A stretch of 64,000 bases of DNA, taken from assembly GCA_964234715.1 (NCBI GenBank), contig OZ174276.1. One strand, given 5' to 3'. The stretch comes from Podarcis melisellensis (Eukaryota). Shown piece by piece: positions 1 through 16,392 of this stretch; positions within the stretch are counted from its first letter, which is position 1, and each line of letters opens with the position of its first letter. Position numbers and translations under genes: made by a program. Below the pieces are notes generated by a model. That model was not told the DNA's origin. It did no database searches and saw nothing but the letters and a program-made list of their open reading frames with translations.

Positions 1-199
1 AATAGGTACCACTCTGGCGGGAAGGTAAACGGCATTTCCGTGCACTGCTCTGGTTCACCAGAAGCAGCTTAGTCATGCTGGCCACATGGAAGCTGTACGC
101 CGGCTTCCTCGGCCAATAAAGCGAGATGAGCGCTGCAACCCCAGAGTCGGTCATGACTGGACCTAATGGTCAGGGTTCCCTTTACCCTTTACCTTTTAC
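1..199 (+). mobile_element. Sauria SINE, 3' half (cut by window edge)
   Basis: Closely matches the 3' half of the copy at 54393 and ends in an (ACCTTT)n-type tail. Confidence 0.9.
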
Positions 200-1429
200 G
201 TACAACAAAAGATCACAGTAGAAGAGCATTTAAAAAGCCAGATAAACTAAACATTCATAAAAGCCTACTTGAATAAACAAGCATTCCTGACACTAAAAAG
301 ATAACACAGATAGTGTCAGGCAAGGCAGTAAGTTCCAAAGACAGGGCACTACAACAGAAAAGGGCCCTAGGCAATGTTATTCCCTATCCTATTGTGACTG
401 GGCTGTTGGTATGATCTGCTGTATTTTTGGCAAAATAGAGAACCATATATGCTACTTCAGCTGTGTATGCGTTCCACCAAACATTTCAGGGTGGGGGGCA
501 CAAAAAGGTTGAGGAATTCTGGGCTATTTCATTTGCATAGCTCAGAGTCTGAAATCCTGCAGAACACAGTCACATTCGGCAGTTATCTTTTGAAACTTTT
601 TGTAGTCACATCATTCCATATTTACCATTGTAGATTCTTCTTTTTAAATATATATATATATGTATATATATGATGTTTTTATTTATTTTTATGGTGCAGT
701 TCTTTGATCAGGGAGTGAAGACAATGAATGTTCCACACCCACACACCACAACCCAACTTCAAATATTTGCAGAGGTTGTGTTATACTCTTTGCATGAAAT
801 CAACTCTGCAGTTTGAGGAGGCTCTCAAATAATAAGACCCTAAAATAAATGGATATAGTCCTGGCTCTGAGTAATAAAGCCTTAATAGAAATACTTGCAG
901 TAATTAGCAGAAGTTAGATGTACAAGTATTGGAGCTGAATTCTTGCCAGAGTTAGATTTTTATTTTTATTTTTTGCACCATGTATATGCAAATCAAAACA
1001 TAGCTTTATCTATCAACACCTCAGCATTTAATTGTCTTGTGTTAGTTCCTGTAACAGTAATCACATATCCATTTAGCTCTTTTAAATGAAAATCACTATG
1101 AGATTATAACAGGTTGAGTGGACTGAAAGTGCAATTTGAAAACAAGAGGGAAAGCGTTGAATGTATTTGCATCTCATTTATTTTAATTCAGCATTTTTTC
1201 AAACTGCATAGTGAATGAAATTAAAAAGCTTCACTAGAAAATAGCAAAGGAGCAGACAGGAGGCATAAAATACAACACACAGGTCAGTCACAGACGACAC
1301 CTTGGTGAAGTGCTGGCCTCCAGATGGAGACAAATGGTGAAGGCTTGTGATTAATGGCGATGCCTCAATATGTCTGTGATTTGCAACTGTGATTTGGCTG
1401 AAAATAGCAGATTTTGAGCCAGCAGTAAC

Positions 1430-1512
1430 AGCACAACCCTATGCATGTCTACTGACAAGTAAACCTTGTATCAGCAGAGCTTACTCCAAGGTAAGTGTGC
1501 ATAGGATTAGAG
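1430..1512. mobile_element. Short palindromic MITE (related copies at ~10985-11068, ~33623-33715, ~34473-34562)
   Basis: CCTATGCATGTCTACT...GCTTACTCCAAGGTAAGTGTGCATAGGATT recurs in degraded form several times in the window. Confidence 0.55.
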
Positions 1513-3799
1513 TCTTGGTCTACAGTGCTAAACACCTTTTGATGGAGCCTGGTGGGACTTACTTCTAAGGTTTTTAAAATTTCTGCCAGCTACTTAATGG
1601 ACTGATATGCCCAATGTGTGTGTGGGGGGGGGTGTCAAATAATTGTTTTGGGGAAATGGACAATACAGGAGACAATCATTTCATGCAGAGGTTCTGTTCC
1701 TGGCCCCTGCAAGTATTGACAGAGCATAAGTATGTTCCCCTTGTTATGCCCCATTATACCCTCTTCTGGGTCCAAAAGGACCCGCTCATGAGTGATCACG
1801 CTTCAATTGGACGCACCTAAAATGGTTGCCACCTGTATTTGAATTGTACAACTAAGAAGGAATTCTTAATCTTGCTTGGAAACAACACCCAATTCAGAAG
1901 CTTTCCCCCTTAAATTTCAACATTCAGAATCTGTTTTGGTTTCCTCAACAGTGAGAGAAAGGAATTATTGATAGTGAAGGAAAGGATGTCTGCACATGTT
2001 CAAAAGCACTGTCTTCTTACTATTTCATATGCTCCTGCATGGAGCACTGACTCAAAAAGCAAGCTGCATGTATAAGCTCAGGGGAACTATGAGATGATGT
2101 ATATTTTGGTCTTGTTTTCTCAAGCATCAGGAATGGAGAATACTTTACACAGAAGCAAGCGAACACATTTGATTGTGTTCTGTGTTTAAGGAGGGGTTGT
2201 TTTCCCCCTTTCCTTTCCTTTGCTGTTGATGGTTTGGAAGAGTGTCCAGAGCATTACTAACGAGGTTGGAGGTGAACTTGAGAAAGTCAGGTAATGGTAG
2301 CACCTTGACAGAAACTTGTTAATTGGTTTCAGTTCCCAAATATATTTTTGATTTTTGAAAGTGAGGTTTTAACAGATTTTTTAGCATCACATCCAGTTAG
2401 GGCTCTTGCATGCATTTACTCAGAATGCATAGAGTTAAGTTTGCAGAAATCCACTGGAATGTGGCACTCAATAAGTTTCCACCAACGTGATTTGGCCCTC
2501 AGTCTGTACATTTCCCCACCCATGCTACGGAGGAGGACTGAACTCCTGTTGGAAATAGAAATATGGACAACGTGGATCCTGGTCTGATGCAACTTTTATT
2601 TATTTCTTTTTGCCAATTGTGTGAAAAGACACTGGCTATGATAGTGCCACAAGGAAGACTCCTGGGAAAATGGAACATTCAGTGGCTTTCCAAGTCTAAA
2701 ACTAGGGGGATGGGGCTGGAAATCATGCTGAACCATTAGCACGCCTATATAAAAGACCTCTGCTAAGCATGCTCTTTGCAATGACTAGAGAAGTTGTTTC
2801 TGCCCCTTTATGCCTGTGCTGCATAAAGTTCTACTTTTAATCAATCAGGTGAAAACCATGATTAAGCTTGCAGAACAAGAGGTGTGCTATAATTTTGTTG
2901 TGTAGACAAGTATTAGCACCTACTGACAAAATAAGTTATCAGCCAGAAATTGAATGCTAGTCTGTTTTATGTGAGTCCTCATGAAGACTGATCTCTTTTG
3001 CATACAACTTAATTTCAAGTGAGAAATGTTTTCTGGAAGAGTCAGTAAGCAGTCGTAGGAATTGCCTCTTGTGACTTACACAAGCCTGGAAGAACAGGTG
3101 TGTGGGTAGGTGGCAGAAGAAAGGCAAAATAGTTTACTAGATAATTTAAAGTCATGCCGTTGATAATAATGTTATTCTTGTTCCCAGAGAGAGTGGGAAT
3201 GTGGGAATTAGTCATTTTGTTTGGGTTTCCATATAATTAATATGACACAGCAATTATACTCTGTGGTGCTTCTTACTCTGCCAGTAGAAAATGATGTTTT
3301 GGAGCAGGTGCTCTATGTTCCTGAGTAATGTTTATGAAGCTTGTTTGCTTGCACATAGACACATCCATACATATTCCATTATTAGAATGGTGCATCAGAG
3401 ATTAGTCATTCTCATAATAATCATGTAGTTTCTCTCCACAGTTCCAGATGGTGAACTGAAGTGGTGGTTGCCTAACCACGATGTCCCAGAGTATAGCTAA
3501 GTAGAACTTTGTGATCCAGACCACCTGGATTCAAAATACGGGGCAACATTAAGCCATTAATTTGAGCATTTGCTTTTGGAAGCTAGTACTGTAACAAAAC
3601 ACTCTGTATCGGAATGATGGCATATAATAAACTCAGTTCTGCCACGCCTACTTCCCAGGGTCTGGTTGTAGGATGAGGGTGAGATTATAAAAGCAAGCAG
3701 GCAGTAAAAGTGCAAAATGTATTACGTTCACCATGTCTCCTAAATCAGCCAGGTACTCTGTCTGCCTCAGAGAATGCGCAAAAAAGTCAGAGCCTGATT

Positions 3800-4430
3800 G
3801 TGGCACCTCAAAAAGGATACAGTAGAGATGGGAAAGGTTCAGAAAAAGGCAACCAAAATTATCAAGGGCCTGGAGCAATTCCTGTAGAAAGAAAGGTCAC
3901 ATCTGAGGCTTTTCAGCTCAGAGAAAAGGCAAGTAAGGGGCAACATTATAAAGGTGTGTAAAACTGGACATGATGAGAAAAAAGAATAGACTGGGAGAAG
4001 TTTCTCTCTCTCTCATAATAATAGAACTTGGGGTCATCCATAGATGTTGAAAGACTGAGGACTGAAGTATTCCTCATGCAACACATAGTTAAACTATGGA
4101 ATTCACTCCCACATGACAGAGTGATAGCCACCAACTTGGATGGCATTAAAGGAGGTTAAGACATACCGTATTTTTCTGTGTATAAGACGCCCTCAGGTAT
4201 AAGAAACTCCCTATTTTTGAGAACTATTTAAGAAAATGGGGAGAGATGTATCCGTGTATAAGACGCCCTCAAATTTTTGACATTATTTTTTATGGAAAAA
4301 AACCTATACGGAAAAATACAGTATTTTTGGAGGATAAAGCTACCAATGGCTACTAGCCACGGAGGCTCTGTTCTGCCTCAGTATGCCTCTGAGTACTAGT
4401 TGCTAGGAATCACAAGTTGGGAGAGTGCTG
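3800..4430 (+). mobile_element. Degraded CR1 LINE 3' fragment (interrupted by a MITE)
   Basis: Encodes HLKKDTVEMGKVQKKATKIIKGLEQ (CR1 RT C-terminus). The GGAGGATAAAGCTACCAATGGCTACTAGCC 3' region continues after the insertion. Confidence 0.75.
4166..4321. mobile_element. Tc1/mariner (Tigger/pogo-like) MITE
   Basis: TIRs CCGTATTTTTC ... GAAAAATACAG flanked by TA on both sides. Confidence 0.8.
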
Positions 4431-5890
4431 TTTTGAAGATGACTATTAGTGGGCACCCTCTTTCTCCACCTAAGATTACACACACACACAAATGAGATGT
4501 AGGCAGATGTAGGTTTCTTTTTGGGGACCTCTGAAATGCAGGGTAAGAATTTTGACTTCTTATTGTTGCTTAAACGAAGATTCATTTAAAAATAAAAAAG
4601 CTACTCGTTTCTTTGGAGACAGCCTACTTGGCAGTATCAAAACCTTTTCTGGGAAATCCTGCATGAATAGTGATTTTTACGACTTATCCACTGAGGAAAT
4701 GAAAACCATGGTAAAGAGAGACCTACTTCATTAAGTGGAAAAAATCAGAATGCAGAAAATGAATGATAATTAAAAATTATTTCCTTACAAATATAGAGTT
4801 GTATTAATTTTCAAATTGCTTTCTCTGTAACAGAATTCCTACAGAGTGGGTTGGGGTGGGAATTGAGCTCACGCTTGCTGTGAAAATAATTCAGAATAAC
4901 TTTCATGTCCTCAAGAAAGGCTGGGGGTCTATTTCCATATTGTTTGATGTGCTGTTTAAATTTGGATAAGAGAAAATGTTGCTTAATCAAAGCTACTGTA
5001 AAATATAAGCTGAAGAACAGATTCTCAGGAACCGATGAATACTTCTTAAGTAGTCACTGCTGTCAAAAGATATCTAATTTAAAGACTTCTACTTTATTAA
5101 TGGTGCATTCACAATTAAATTGCTTAAGAAGCTTTATTAGATTACAGGGTTGGCCTGGATTCTTTGGTCCGTCTCCAGTGAATGCAGTTATTTATCTTTC
5201 GTATTACAGCATTCACTGTTTGCACATGACACATTTAAGGTTACTACAATTCCTTGTTCTCACTTTTGAAAGACCCCAAACCACCAACTTCTTACATGTT
5301 GTGTGTTTATTGTGTGACCTTCAAAAATATGAATCTGAAGAAAGTGACAGCCACCTATGAAAGAGGAATATGGCATCCATTTGGCATAGTTACCGTTGAC
5401 TAAGACCCAATGCAAAGATTACAGCTGCAATGTGGAAAGATGCTGTAAATGCTTTGCTGTGTTGGGGGCTCTGCTTGGAGGGCCAATCTGAAAGCTGCTT
5501 ACCTTAAAGATCGTTCCAGTCACATCCAGAGGGTTCATTTGCTTCTGCCAACCATATGACCAGGACATGGCGTCTCCCACCATGTTCCAGCACTTGTGCA
5601 TTTTAAAAGTTCTGCTGTAAGACTGGGGAAGGAATTACTTGTTTGGGTGTAAACAGGTAGAGTTGAGAGTTGATCTATAGGTTACCTCCTTTTATAAGAA
5701 ATTAGTGAACTATTTGAGAACAGAATAAAGATGACATGATTCTAGTCTCCATCAAACGATTTTTATCAGAGCAAGTAATTATTGTACATTGCAAGTATAT
5801 TACCCTCATGTGGACATCCATTTACTGTGGGAATTCTTGGAGGAATATCAGCAAACAAGGGCTTAAAGCTTCTTTGTGCTAGTATGTACT

Positions 5891-5948
5891 GGAAGGAAGG
5901 AAGGAAGGAAGGAAGGAAGGAAGGAAGGAAGGAAGGAAGGAAGGAAGG
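5891..5948. repeat. (GGAA)n microsatellite
   Basis: About 14.5 perfect units. Confidence 0.98.
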
Positions 5949-7113
5949 TTCAAAGGGTACTTTGCACTGGAATGAGAATGTGGTGACTATATGACTAGGG
6001 CAGAAGGCAGTTTTCCAGGGGGAAATGGCAGGTTATTTAGTCTGCAATCTCCATCTTGGAAGCAAACTAAAAGCTGGCATTATAGCTGCAACATCCACCG
6101 TAATTCTTGTACTTTTCTTACCATAACCCCCCATCCCATTCCACCTTGCTTTGTCCACCTTCTTGCCTAATGAAGAGCTCTGGAGATCTCAGAAAGGTTG
6201 GCCCGGATTTGTGACATTTTATCATGAAAGAGATGTGTATTGGATTAGGTATTGGATCTCACAATTTGCTGCTTAGGATTCAAACAAATGGGAATAACTG
6301 GCTTACCTGAGGCCCATAACATTTGGTGCCAGATCAGCTGACTACCTTAAATTTCTTGAAGCATGCAAAATCCACAGAATAAATATTTTGGTTGGTCGTA
6401 ACCAAGTGTTGCCTAACTGTGGACTGTGAAAAACAAATAAGAGAATGCTTTACATTGTTCTTATTAATCCAGGTTGCTTCTCAGAAAACAAAAAGATTTA
6501 TTTTGAAAGAGGGTTGGGGCCATGTCTTTTGTTAAACAGATTACAGTATTCATTGGGAGCCAATGGCAGGTAAATAGTTGGAGATTTCTCTGGAATATTC
6601 TAAATGGGGAAGATGTTACCCGCTTCTGTTATAGGAAAGGTGCAGGTTTTTTGTGTGTGTGGTTTTGGAACAAAGAAACACAGAATGAGATAGAGACAGA
6701 AGCAAGAGCCAGCAAGCTGAAGTCTATCAGTTTGCTGTGGAAGCATATTGGGTTGCAGATAACTTTCTCCAGGGAACTGATGCATACAGTGGATTAGCTG
6801 CCTGGTAGGGAAGCATTATCCTGTTTGTCCCACCTGTGCTCCACTTGGAAATTAATCAAACATTACTGAAATGCCAGAAGTCTCCAATGATCTTTCCTCC
6901 AAAAGGAGGAAAGGTAAGCACTGCACTTGAAACTTCCCACTGCATGGTGAGAAAAGGTTTTGAAGGAAATCAGTGGAATTGTAGAGTTGGAAGTGATCCC
7001 AAATATCATCTAGTCCACCCCCTTGTCAAGCTTTAAAATTCAGGCCTGCTGCCGTTCAGTCTAAAATGTTATTATCTTTTATTTGAAAACTCAGCAGCAT
7101 TCCTGTGGCAAGT

Positions 7114-7841
7114 TGTAGTTGTAGTTGTTGTTGTTGTTGTTTAGTCGTGTCTGACTCTTTGTGACCCCATGGACCAGAGCACGCCAGGCACGCCTGTCTT
7201 CCACTGCCTCCCGCAGTTTGGTCAACTCATGTTGGTAGCTTCGAGAACATTGTCCAACCATCTCGCCCTCTGTCGTCCCCTTCTTCTTGTGCCCTCAATC
7301 TTTCCCAACATCAGGGTCTTTTCCAAGGAGTCTTCTCGTCTCATGAGGTGGCCAAAGTATTGGAGCCTCAGCTTCAGGATCTGTCCTTCTAGTGAGCACT
7401 CAGGGCTGATTTCCTTAAGAATGGAGAGGTTTGATCTTCTTGCAGCCCATGGGACTCTCAAGAGTCTCCTCCAGCACCATAATTCAAAAGCATCAATTCT
7501 TCGGTGATCAGCCTTCTTTATGGTCCAGCTCTCACTTCCGTACATCACTACTGGGAAAACCATAGCTTTAACTATACGGACCTTTGTTGGCAAGGTGATG
7601 TCTCTGCTTTATAAGATGCTGCCTAGGTTTGTCATTGCTTTTCTCCCAAGAAGCAGGCGTCTTTTAATTTTGTGACTGCTGTCACCATCTGCAGTGATCA
7701 TGGAGCCCAATAAAGTAAAATCTCTCACTGCCTCCATTTCTTCCCCTTCTATTTGCCAGAAGGTGATGGGACCAGTGGGCATGCTTAGTTTTTTTGATGT
7801 TGAGCTTCAGACCATATTTTGTGCTCTCCTCTTTCACCCTC
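7114..7841 (-). mobile_element. 5'-truncated BovB LINE
   Basis: The minus strand encodes the BovB C-terminus (KAMVFPVVMYGSESWTIKKA...LQYFGHLMRRE). (TTG)n tail at the left end. 8-bp TSD TGGCAAGT at 7106-7113 and 7842-7849. Confidence 0.95.
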
Positions 7842-10513
7842 TGGCAAGTACAACATGTCAATTGGTCCCAACATTTTGAATTCTTACCGATGTTTGCTCT
7901 CTCACCAGGATGCATGGATATGGAGTGACCTGGTTGTCAGGAATTTCTTAAGAGGATATAGATGTGTTTACTTCCTTTGTGATTTCAAAATTTAAGTGTA
8001 TGAAGGAATTGGGCTACTTGTATGGACCGTTGCTTATCAGAGGGACACACATATCTTTCCTGTCTGTTACATATCTCTCTTGTTTTGAGGAGTGTATGGT
8101 TAATGCAGAAACCTAGCAAATACTCAGAGGCTCAAATATCAATATAATGTAAACTCCATAGCTGCTGGAAGTTTAAAAACTTCAAATTTCCTTGACACAG
8201 TAACCTGAGGGGAGGAGCTTGTGATTGACAGGAGAAATCTATATACATAGGTAGCTGGGAGAAGATAGCTGAAATGATAAAGAAGAGTTTTGTAAGTGAG
8301 TAGTTTAAGGCAGTGAGTAAATTTAGGAGGGACACGTCATTATGCTAGTCCACACTAGTTCCACACATTGCCCTATTTGCATTTGCATTTACACACAGAG
8401 AGCACGTTTTTGCTGCAGGAATGTCAGCAGAAGCATTTCAGAAACTGACTTTTTGTTTTCTGTCTCTGTATAGAATCTTACCCACATTAGTGTGAGAAGC
8501 ACTAGCTCAGGCTAATGAATGTTGACTGTGTTGCAGGCTGATTTCAAGTTCCCTAGCTTGTCATTAAGCAACACAGCAGCATCTTTCTGGCTGTGAGTCA
8601 GCTCATCAGCATGCATGTTCAGCAGGGACAGGAATGCCCATGGCCTTATACTACACTTGTGCAGATGCGATAGTCCACTCTTTTTTCAATCTGTTACTGT
8701 CTTTCCTGGGGCAGCAGTCAAATGTAATTTATAGCTTAGCCAATACTTGTGCTACAGAGCACCTTGCTGAGCAAGGCAATGAGAATTTCTCTTAGAAGCT
8801 CTCCATCTGACTGACTGGGGCCTGTATTAAAAGCATGATAAATGTAAAGTAACAGATGTCATTGGGGAAAGTGGTTAGAATTTGAGAGGTGAAAAGGGGA
8901 AATGCTACTATTAGATGTGTCATCCTATAGTATGTCTCATATTCAATCCCAAACACATTTTCCCTGACCATCTTTTCATACTCATATACTGTACCAGATT
9001 TCAGGCATGTCAGATCTACTTTTTCTTCTAGAACCCCCAATATCTATTAGTCAGGACCAGGTGCAGAAGATATAGAATTAAAGCACAGGGTGCCTCTGAG
9101 CACATTCTGCCCCTACGAATTTGTTTTCAGTACTAGAACCCAAACTAAGCTCAGTCCACTTCTGGTTGGTTTTCTTCACTTTAGCAATCTAAAGCCTTTT
9201 GTTGTTGTTGCCGCTGCTGTTGTCGTTGTTGCTATTGTTAAACAGCTGAATGTAGATTTACTGCAAATCATCCAGTCTTACCTTCTGATCACCCCTATCC
9301 TATACTATCTAGAATCCCATATCATTTATGAACATCACAATACTGTAATTATTAGTCCGTGACCCATATAGATAGCACTCTTAAATGTAAAAGTTGCTTG
9401 TAACACTTAGGGCTCATGCTAATATTTTCAGATCTGCTTGCCTGAAAGTATGCTCCTGCTATGAGCCTGGCTATCTTATAGCCTTGCAAAAGGTTCATCC
9501 TCTGAAGTTCAGTTCTGGTTAAATTTTTGGGCTGCTTTTTCTAGCCAGGTAAGGGTGGGTGGGAGAGAAATCATTGCTGGATAAGAAATATATGTAGTCT
9601 TTTTCTTGCTCACTTACCCCGATGCCTCTGGGCATCATTTTTTAATATTTCTGATATTACTGAATAGTGTCTTGTGAGAGTATTCAGACGGGTTAACTAG
9701 AAGGCCGAGTTTGAGTGAGGAGAAGTAGAGTTGTGAGGATGCAGTCTACTTGCGTCTTCATTCAGGAGGGGAGTGATCTTCTAAATAGAGAAGAATCCCA
9801 AGCAAGTTAAAAGGGGTGTAGTGATCCCCTGGGTCTGTTATACTACTAGAAGTACCTCAGAAGTGTGACTGTTGGGTTGGGACATTGACAGAAAGTACAC
9901 ATTGTTTAAAAACCAAAGTATTAAGCTGTAACACTGCAACAACTTAGTTAAGGAACTGAAGTGAAATAAGCTAATTTATCATCTAGTCTAGAAACCTGTA
10001 ACATCTAACTTAGAGAGTAATAATTCAAAACAAGCAACTAGAGTTTAAAAACACTGTGTGTTAACTACCTTGTTTAAAAGCCTTAACATCCACTAGATTT
10101 AGTATTAATAAGTTAACTGTTTCCTCAAAGAACTTTATTTCCTGACACCTTTTGTTCTACCAACATAGTTCTGTATAATAAATCTTTCTTATTTGTTCAA
10201 CTTCTGCCTGAGTCTCCAATATCAAAGTTTTACCTCACACAAAAACCGTAAGATAACCTGTTTGGTTATAGGGTCAACGGAGGGGGTGTTTAATATTCCA
10301 GACCACTGTATCGAACTGTTGCAAGTAAAGTAACTAGTTTGAGAAGAAGATCAACATCCAATTACAAAAAGATGCAATTATTTTATTGTCATGTAAAACA
10401 TTTAGAGCTAAAAGTTCTAAGTAAATCTGTTTGGAAATTTACTAGTGAACTTACTGAATGCTCCTCCTACATGGTTCTTACACTGAATTTCTAAACGACA
10501 AATTATTTACTGA

Positions 10514-10906
<393 letters not shown>

Positions 10907-11358
10907 TAAACATAGACATGCACCTAATATATTGCAAACATTGATGTACAAATAGTTAAAAGTGTGTGCCAAAGAGTTTCTAACAGCAGAATCATAAGCA
11001 TTTACTCAGAAGTATTCCTCCTTATGTCTATTGGGGCTTACTCCTTGGTAAGTGTGTTTAGGATTGTAACATATATTAATTAGTAGAAATTCTTTTATAA
11101 CCTTTTGGCATTTTGGTCCTGCCATAAAGCAGGAAAGACTACCACATATACATGCACCTTTGTTATGAAAGGTCTTCTAAATGTCAGTTTCTGGTAAGAA
11201 AACTGTAAGCTTAATATCACTGACTAAACCAGGTGGAATAGCAACGCATAGTTTATCTCTTAACCTCCTCTAGGAAGATTAGTTGTTTATGCCATGTTTA
11301 CCTTTCTAGGTGAGTTTTTTAAAATTATGCATTAATTTTAAAAGAAACCCAAACTATT

Positions 11359-11680
11359 GGGTGGTATTCAACTAAGTTTTAGACAGAACATACCCCTTGA
11401 AATTAATGGACATAACTAAATTTGGTCCATGAATTTCAGTGGGTCTAGGCACTGAATAAAGCCACCACCATTTGTTAATTAATTGGGGAGGAATTCAACA
11501 TCACACTAAGGCAATTGTTCCATCAAGGCAAGCATTTTAACTTGCCAGACAGAACAATCTGCCCTCCTTCCTCTGTGTGCTGTTTCGGGATTTACCTGGC
11601 ACACACCCACCTGAGCCAATTTTGGTTTGGAGGAGGGGGCAAAGCCCCATTGCGGAAACCTCATTAGTTGAATCCTACCC
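11359..11680. mobile_element. Two adjacent degraded palindromic MITEs (~11359-11470 and ~11486-11680)
   Basis: The GGGTGGTATTCAACT end is shared with the 60784 family. The second element has GGAATTCAAC ... GTTGAATCCTACCC ends. Confidence 0.55.
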
Positions 11681-12026
11681 TTATTATATCTTAAGTAACA
11701 ATGTCAGGATCCAGAAAGGAGGCGACTTTTTAAAAAATTGCATTTCCCCCTCTTTAAATATAGTGCATGAAATGAATAGAATTTGACAAAATGCAGTTTA
11801 GGTTATCAATTTTAGTTTAGATCTGACAATTGCGTTTTTTACTAGCTACTTGGCATATGTATTAAAAATATATTAATGGCAGTGGGTGGAACTGTCACAT
11901 ACATAGAAGTAATTTTCAGTGTTTCTTTAAACTTATTAATGTTTTCAGGATTGGAATTCTAAAACTTTATTTGGTACGCTCTTGACCGTACAACATATAA
12001 TTAATATTCTTTATGGTTTTTTATAG

Positions 12027-13649
<1,623 letters not shown>

Positions 13650-16261
13650 TAATTTGTGGTTTAGGAATCTGTGGAAGTTAGATTTGTGGAACGTGTATAG
13701 GATAGATTTTGTATTTGGGTAAATAATATAGTATCAAATAAGACTTCAGAATCCTTCTGCTTGGAAAAAAATGGAAGTTTATTTTCAGTTTAAAACTTTG
13801 GGACTCAGCAGTACAGAGAAAGGGTCTCATGGCTTCATGTTTTTCAAATTGGGATGAAGTCCTTCATCCAGTTCTGTGGCCTTAAGGTACTCTGAAATTA
13901 GCTGATATCACCCCACCTGATAACAAATCAGCATATTTGACCTTGATCCCCAAAGTTTCTAAGCTGACTGGGAGAACAAACAAAACCACTGAAGTTCATG
14001 CATATGAAGAAAGCTTGCCAATTTAAAATGCTGAATGCCGTACAAGAGCTTCATGTTTATCTCTTTGTAAGACACTGTGCTAATGACAGTTTGCAAGCAG
14101 ACCTCACCTTGATTTACAGATGCAATACCACTGCTTCCTTCATTGTACAGATGGGAACACTGCAGTCATGCAGCCATTTAATTCAGTGAGTTTTTAGCCA
14201 TTGCCTTGAGAAAAGTTGTATGCAAAGGTCCATTAAATAAACTAGTGCTAGAACTGAGAAGTAAAGCCACATTGCTAACAACAAATATAGTATCTGGCTC
14301 ATAATGTCCTGGAAGTGAAAATGATGCCATCATCCTAAAAAGATTGAGGATCAAGCCCAGTAGGAGTTACAGTTTAAAGCCCAGCTGGGTGGGGGGCAGG
14401 CATAAACCTTACAATTTAAAATAATTCTTCCTCCTGAGAACTATTAAGAAACATTTGGAGATAGTAAATATAAACTGCATGCCTTGAGCTTGGGTGGAAG
14501 TTGTAACTTCTACTCCGCTGGTACTAATTTGCCTCTTAGTAGAATCACACAGTGCTGAACTAGATGCTAACTATTTCTTAAAAGAAAGGCAATTAAGAGC
14601 TATTCAAGAGAAAATCTTTCAGAATAGAACATGGAGTGTGCCATAATTAAAGTCACAGCCTTTTTTATGACTAAGAACCCCCTCCCCATAAATGCAGCTA
14701 CTATAATTTCAGGGGAGGTTAAAACTTCAAGGAACAGTAAATTATATTTCAAGAAAGTGGAAGTATATATGATTAGGTTATTCGGGATTTCATTGGACAT
14801 GTATTGTTTCTTAAAAGTCACCTTGGCGTTTGGGATAACTACATTGTGATATACTCTTAATAAAGGCTGCAAAAAGGGGGGAAGGGAGAGGACTGAATAG
14901 TGGTCTGAAAGTGTTATGTTAAATCTCAGCTCTAAGTGTAGCAACAGTGGAAAAGGGGGCATGTTGAGTGTAAAAAATGGTTGGAAGAGGAAGAGTTAAG
15001 GACTGTTACTATCCGCTGTTCTATGTTTAAAGTTAGAGGCTCCTGAGGCTGCTTTTTATTTTATTCTTAAGAAACCATGGGCCTTTTGCCATGTAACATC
15101 TGTTAGGGCTTCTATGGTCTTGGCTCATTTTCAGACTAGTTGAACTATCAATATTTGCTTGAAGCTGCAACAATAATTATTCACACATACAGAGAAGGAA
15201 TAGGTTATCCTGTCATATTATACATTTATTAAACCCCTGGTGAAGTAGCTGCTCAGCACTGCTTTCTAAGTTGACAGTCCCTTCAGCTTTCCATAAACAA
15301 CTGCTCTGCACACATTTAGTAGGCAAAAATAAGTGCAGACATACTTTAGCTGAGGCCACAATTTCTTCTAGGATTAAATGATTTGCTGAAAACAGGGACT
15401 TTGAGAAACAGGCAGTGGATGACATCCAACAATGCCCTGGTAGACTTCCACTCATATACCAGGACTCCTCTGTACTTTGCAGCCCTCATGCCCCCAATAT
15501 CTGCTCCAGAGGCTTCCCCAACCCTCTTTTGGGGGGATAACATGGAGGGGCTGCAGGTGTGGAGGGGAATCTGTTTATCTGATGGCGGATAGACACTGTT
15601 GTATTTTGACATTATCCTCCCATCATAGTGAAACTAGCTGAGGTAAAATATTTGTCACGGTACTTGAGAACATTTTGTGGAATAATCATTTCAATGTGTA
15701 ACCACAAAATTAGATATTATAAAGTATTTGGTATGCTCAGAAGTTCTTTTAAAATTTATTGGTAGTAATAGTAGAACTGAGAGCATTTATGTGCTACCTT
15801 TTCTCATAGGGAGCTCAGGGCGGTATATATAGTTTCCCACCTCACCCTATTTTATCCTCACAAAACCCTGTAATGTATGTTAGGCTGAGAAATAGTGACT
15901 GGCACAAGATGACTTAACTTTATAGCTAAGTGGACCTTGGTCTCCCAGGTCCAGGTCCAGGTCTCCTTGGTCCAGCACTCTAATAACTACAGCACACTGG
16001 CTCTTAGGATTCCTGTGGGTTAAATATAATTTAGAAGAGGGCTTCCCTTTCAGTAATCTGTTTTTAGTGCAAATGTCACAACACCTGTCCTTTACACTTG
16101 CTGGGGAATTTTTGTTATCCAAATGTCAAAGTAAAAAAGAAAGAAGTAGGGTAGAAATCTTGAAACTCTTCTCCTGCCTTATAATTAGGAGTTCAGGGTC
16201 ACTGCTACAGATGTTTACTGCACACCTTCAAGTCTCACACATATTTACTTTTAATTCTCAG

Positions 16262-16392
16262 ATGTGAAAAGCTGGTTAGTGATGTTTGGCTTTCAGCTCA
16301 GCAACATTATACCTGGCTTCCCAAGAGCAAAAATGTACTTTGTTCCACCTCCTTATGAGCTGTCAGTGTCTCAGGCATGTGAAAAGGGACAG
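16262..16392 (+). CDS. TENM2: Teneurin-2 penultimate coding exon, phase 1/0
   Basis: Acceptor ttttaattctcAG|AT completes the split codon G+AT (Asp). Encodes [34 protein letters not shown]...GQ. Donor CAG|GTaagt. Confidence 0.95.

Noticed and set aside
16201-16261. Upstream alternative acceptor ctacAG|ATGT, 51 nt before the real one
   Set aside because: Weak pyrimidine tract, and use would introduce an in-frame TAA; no supporting evidence.
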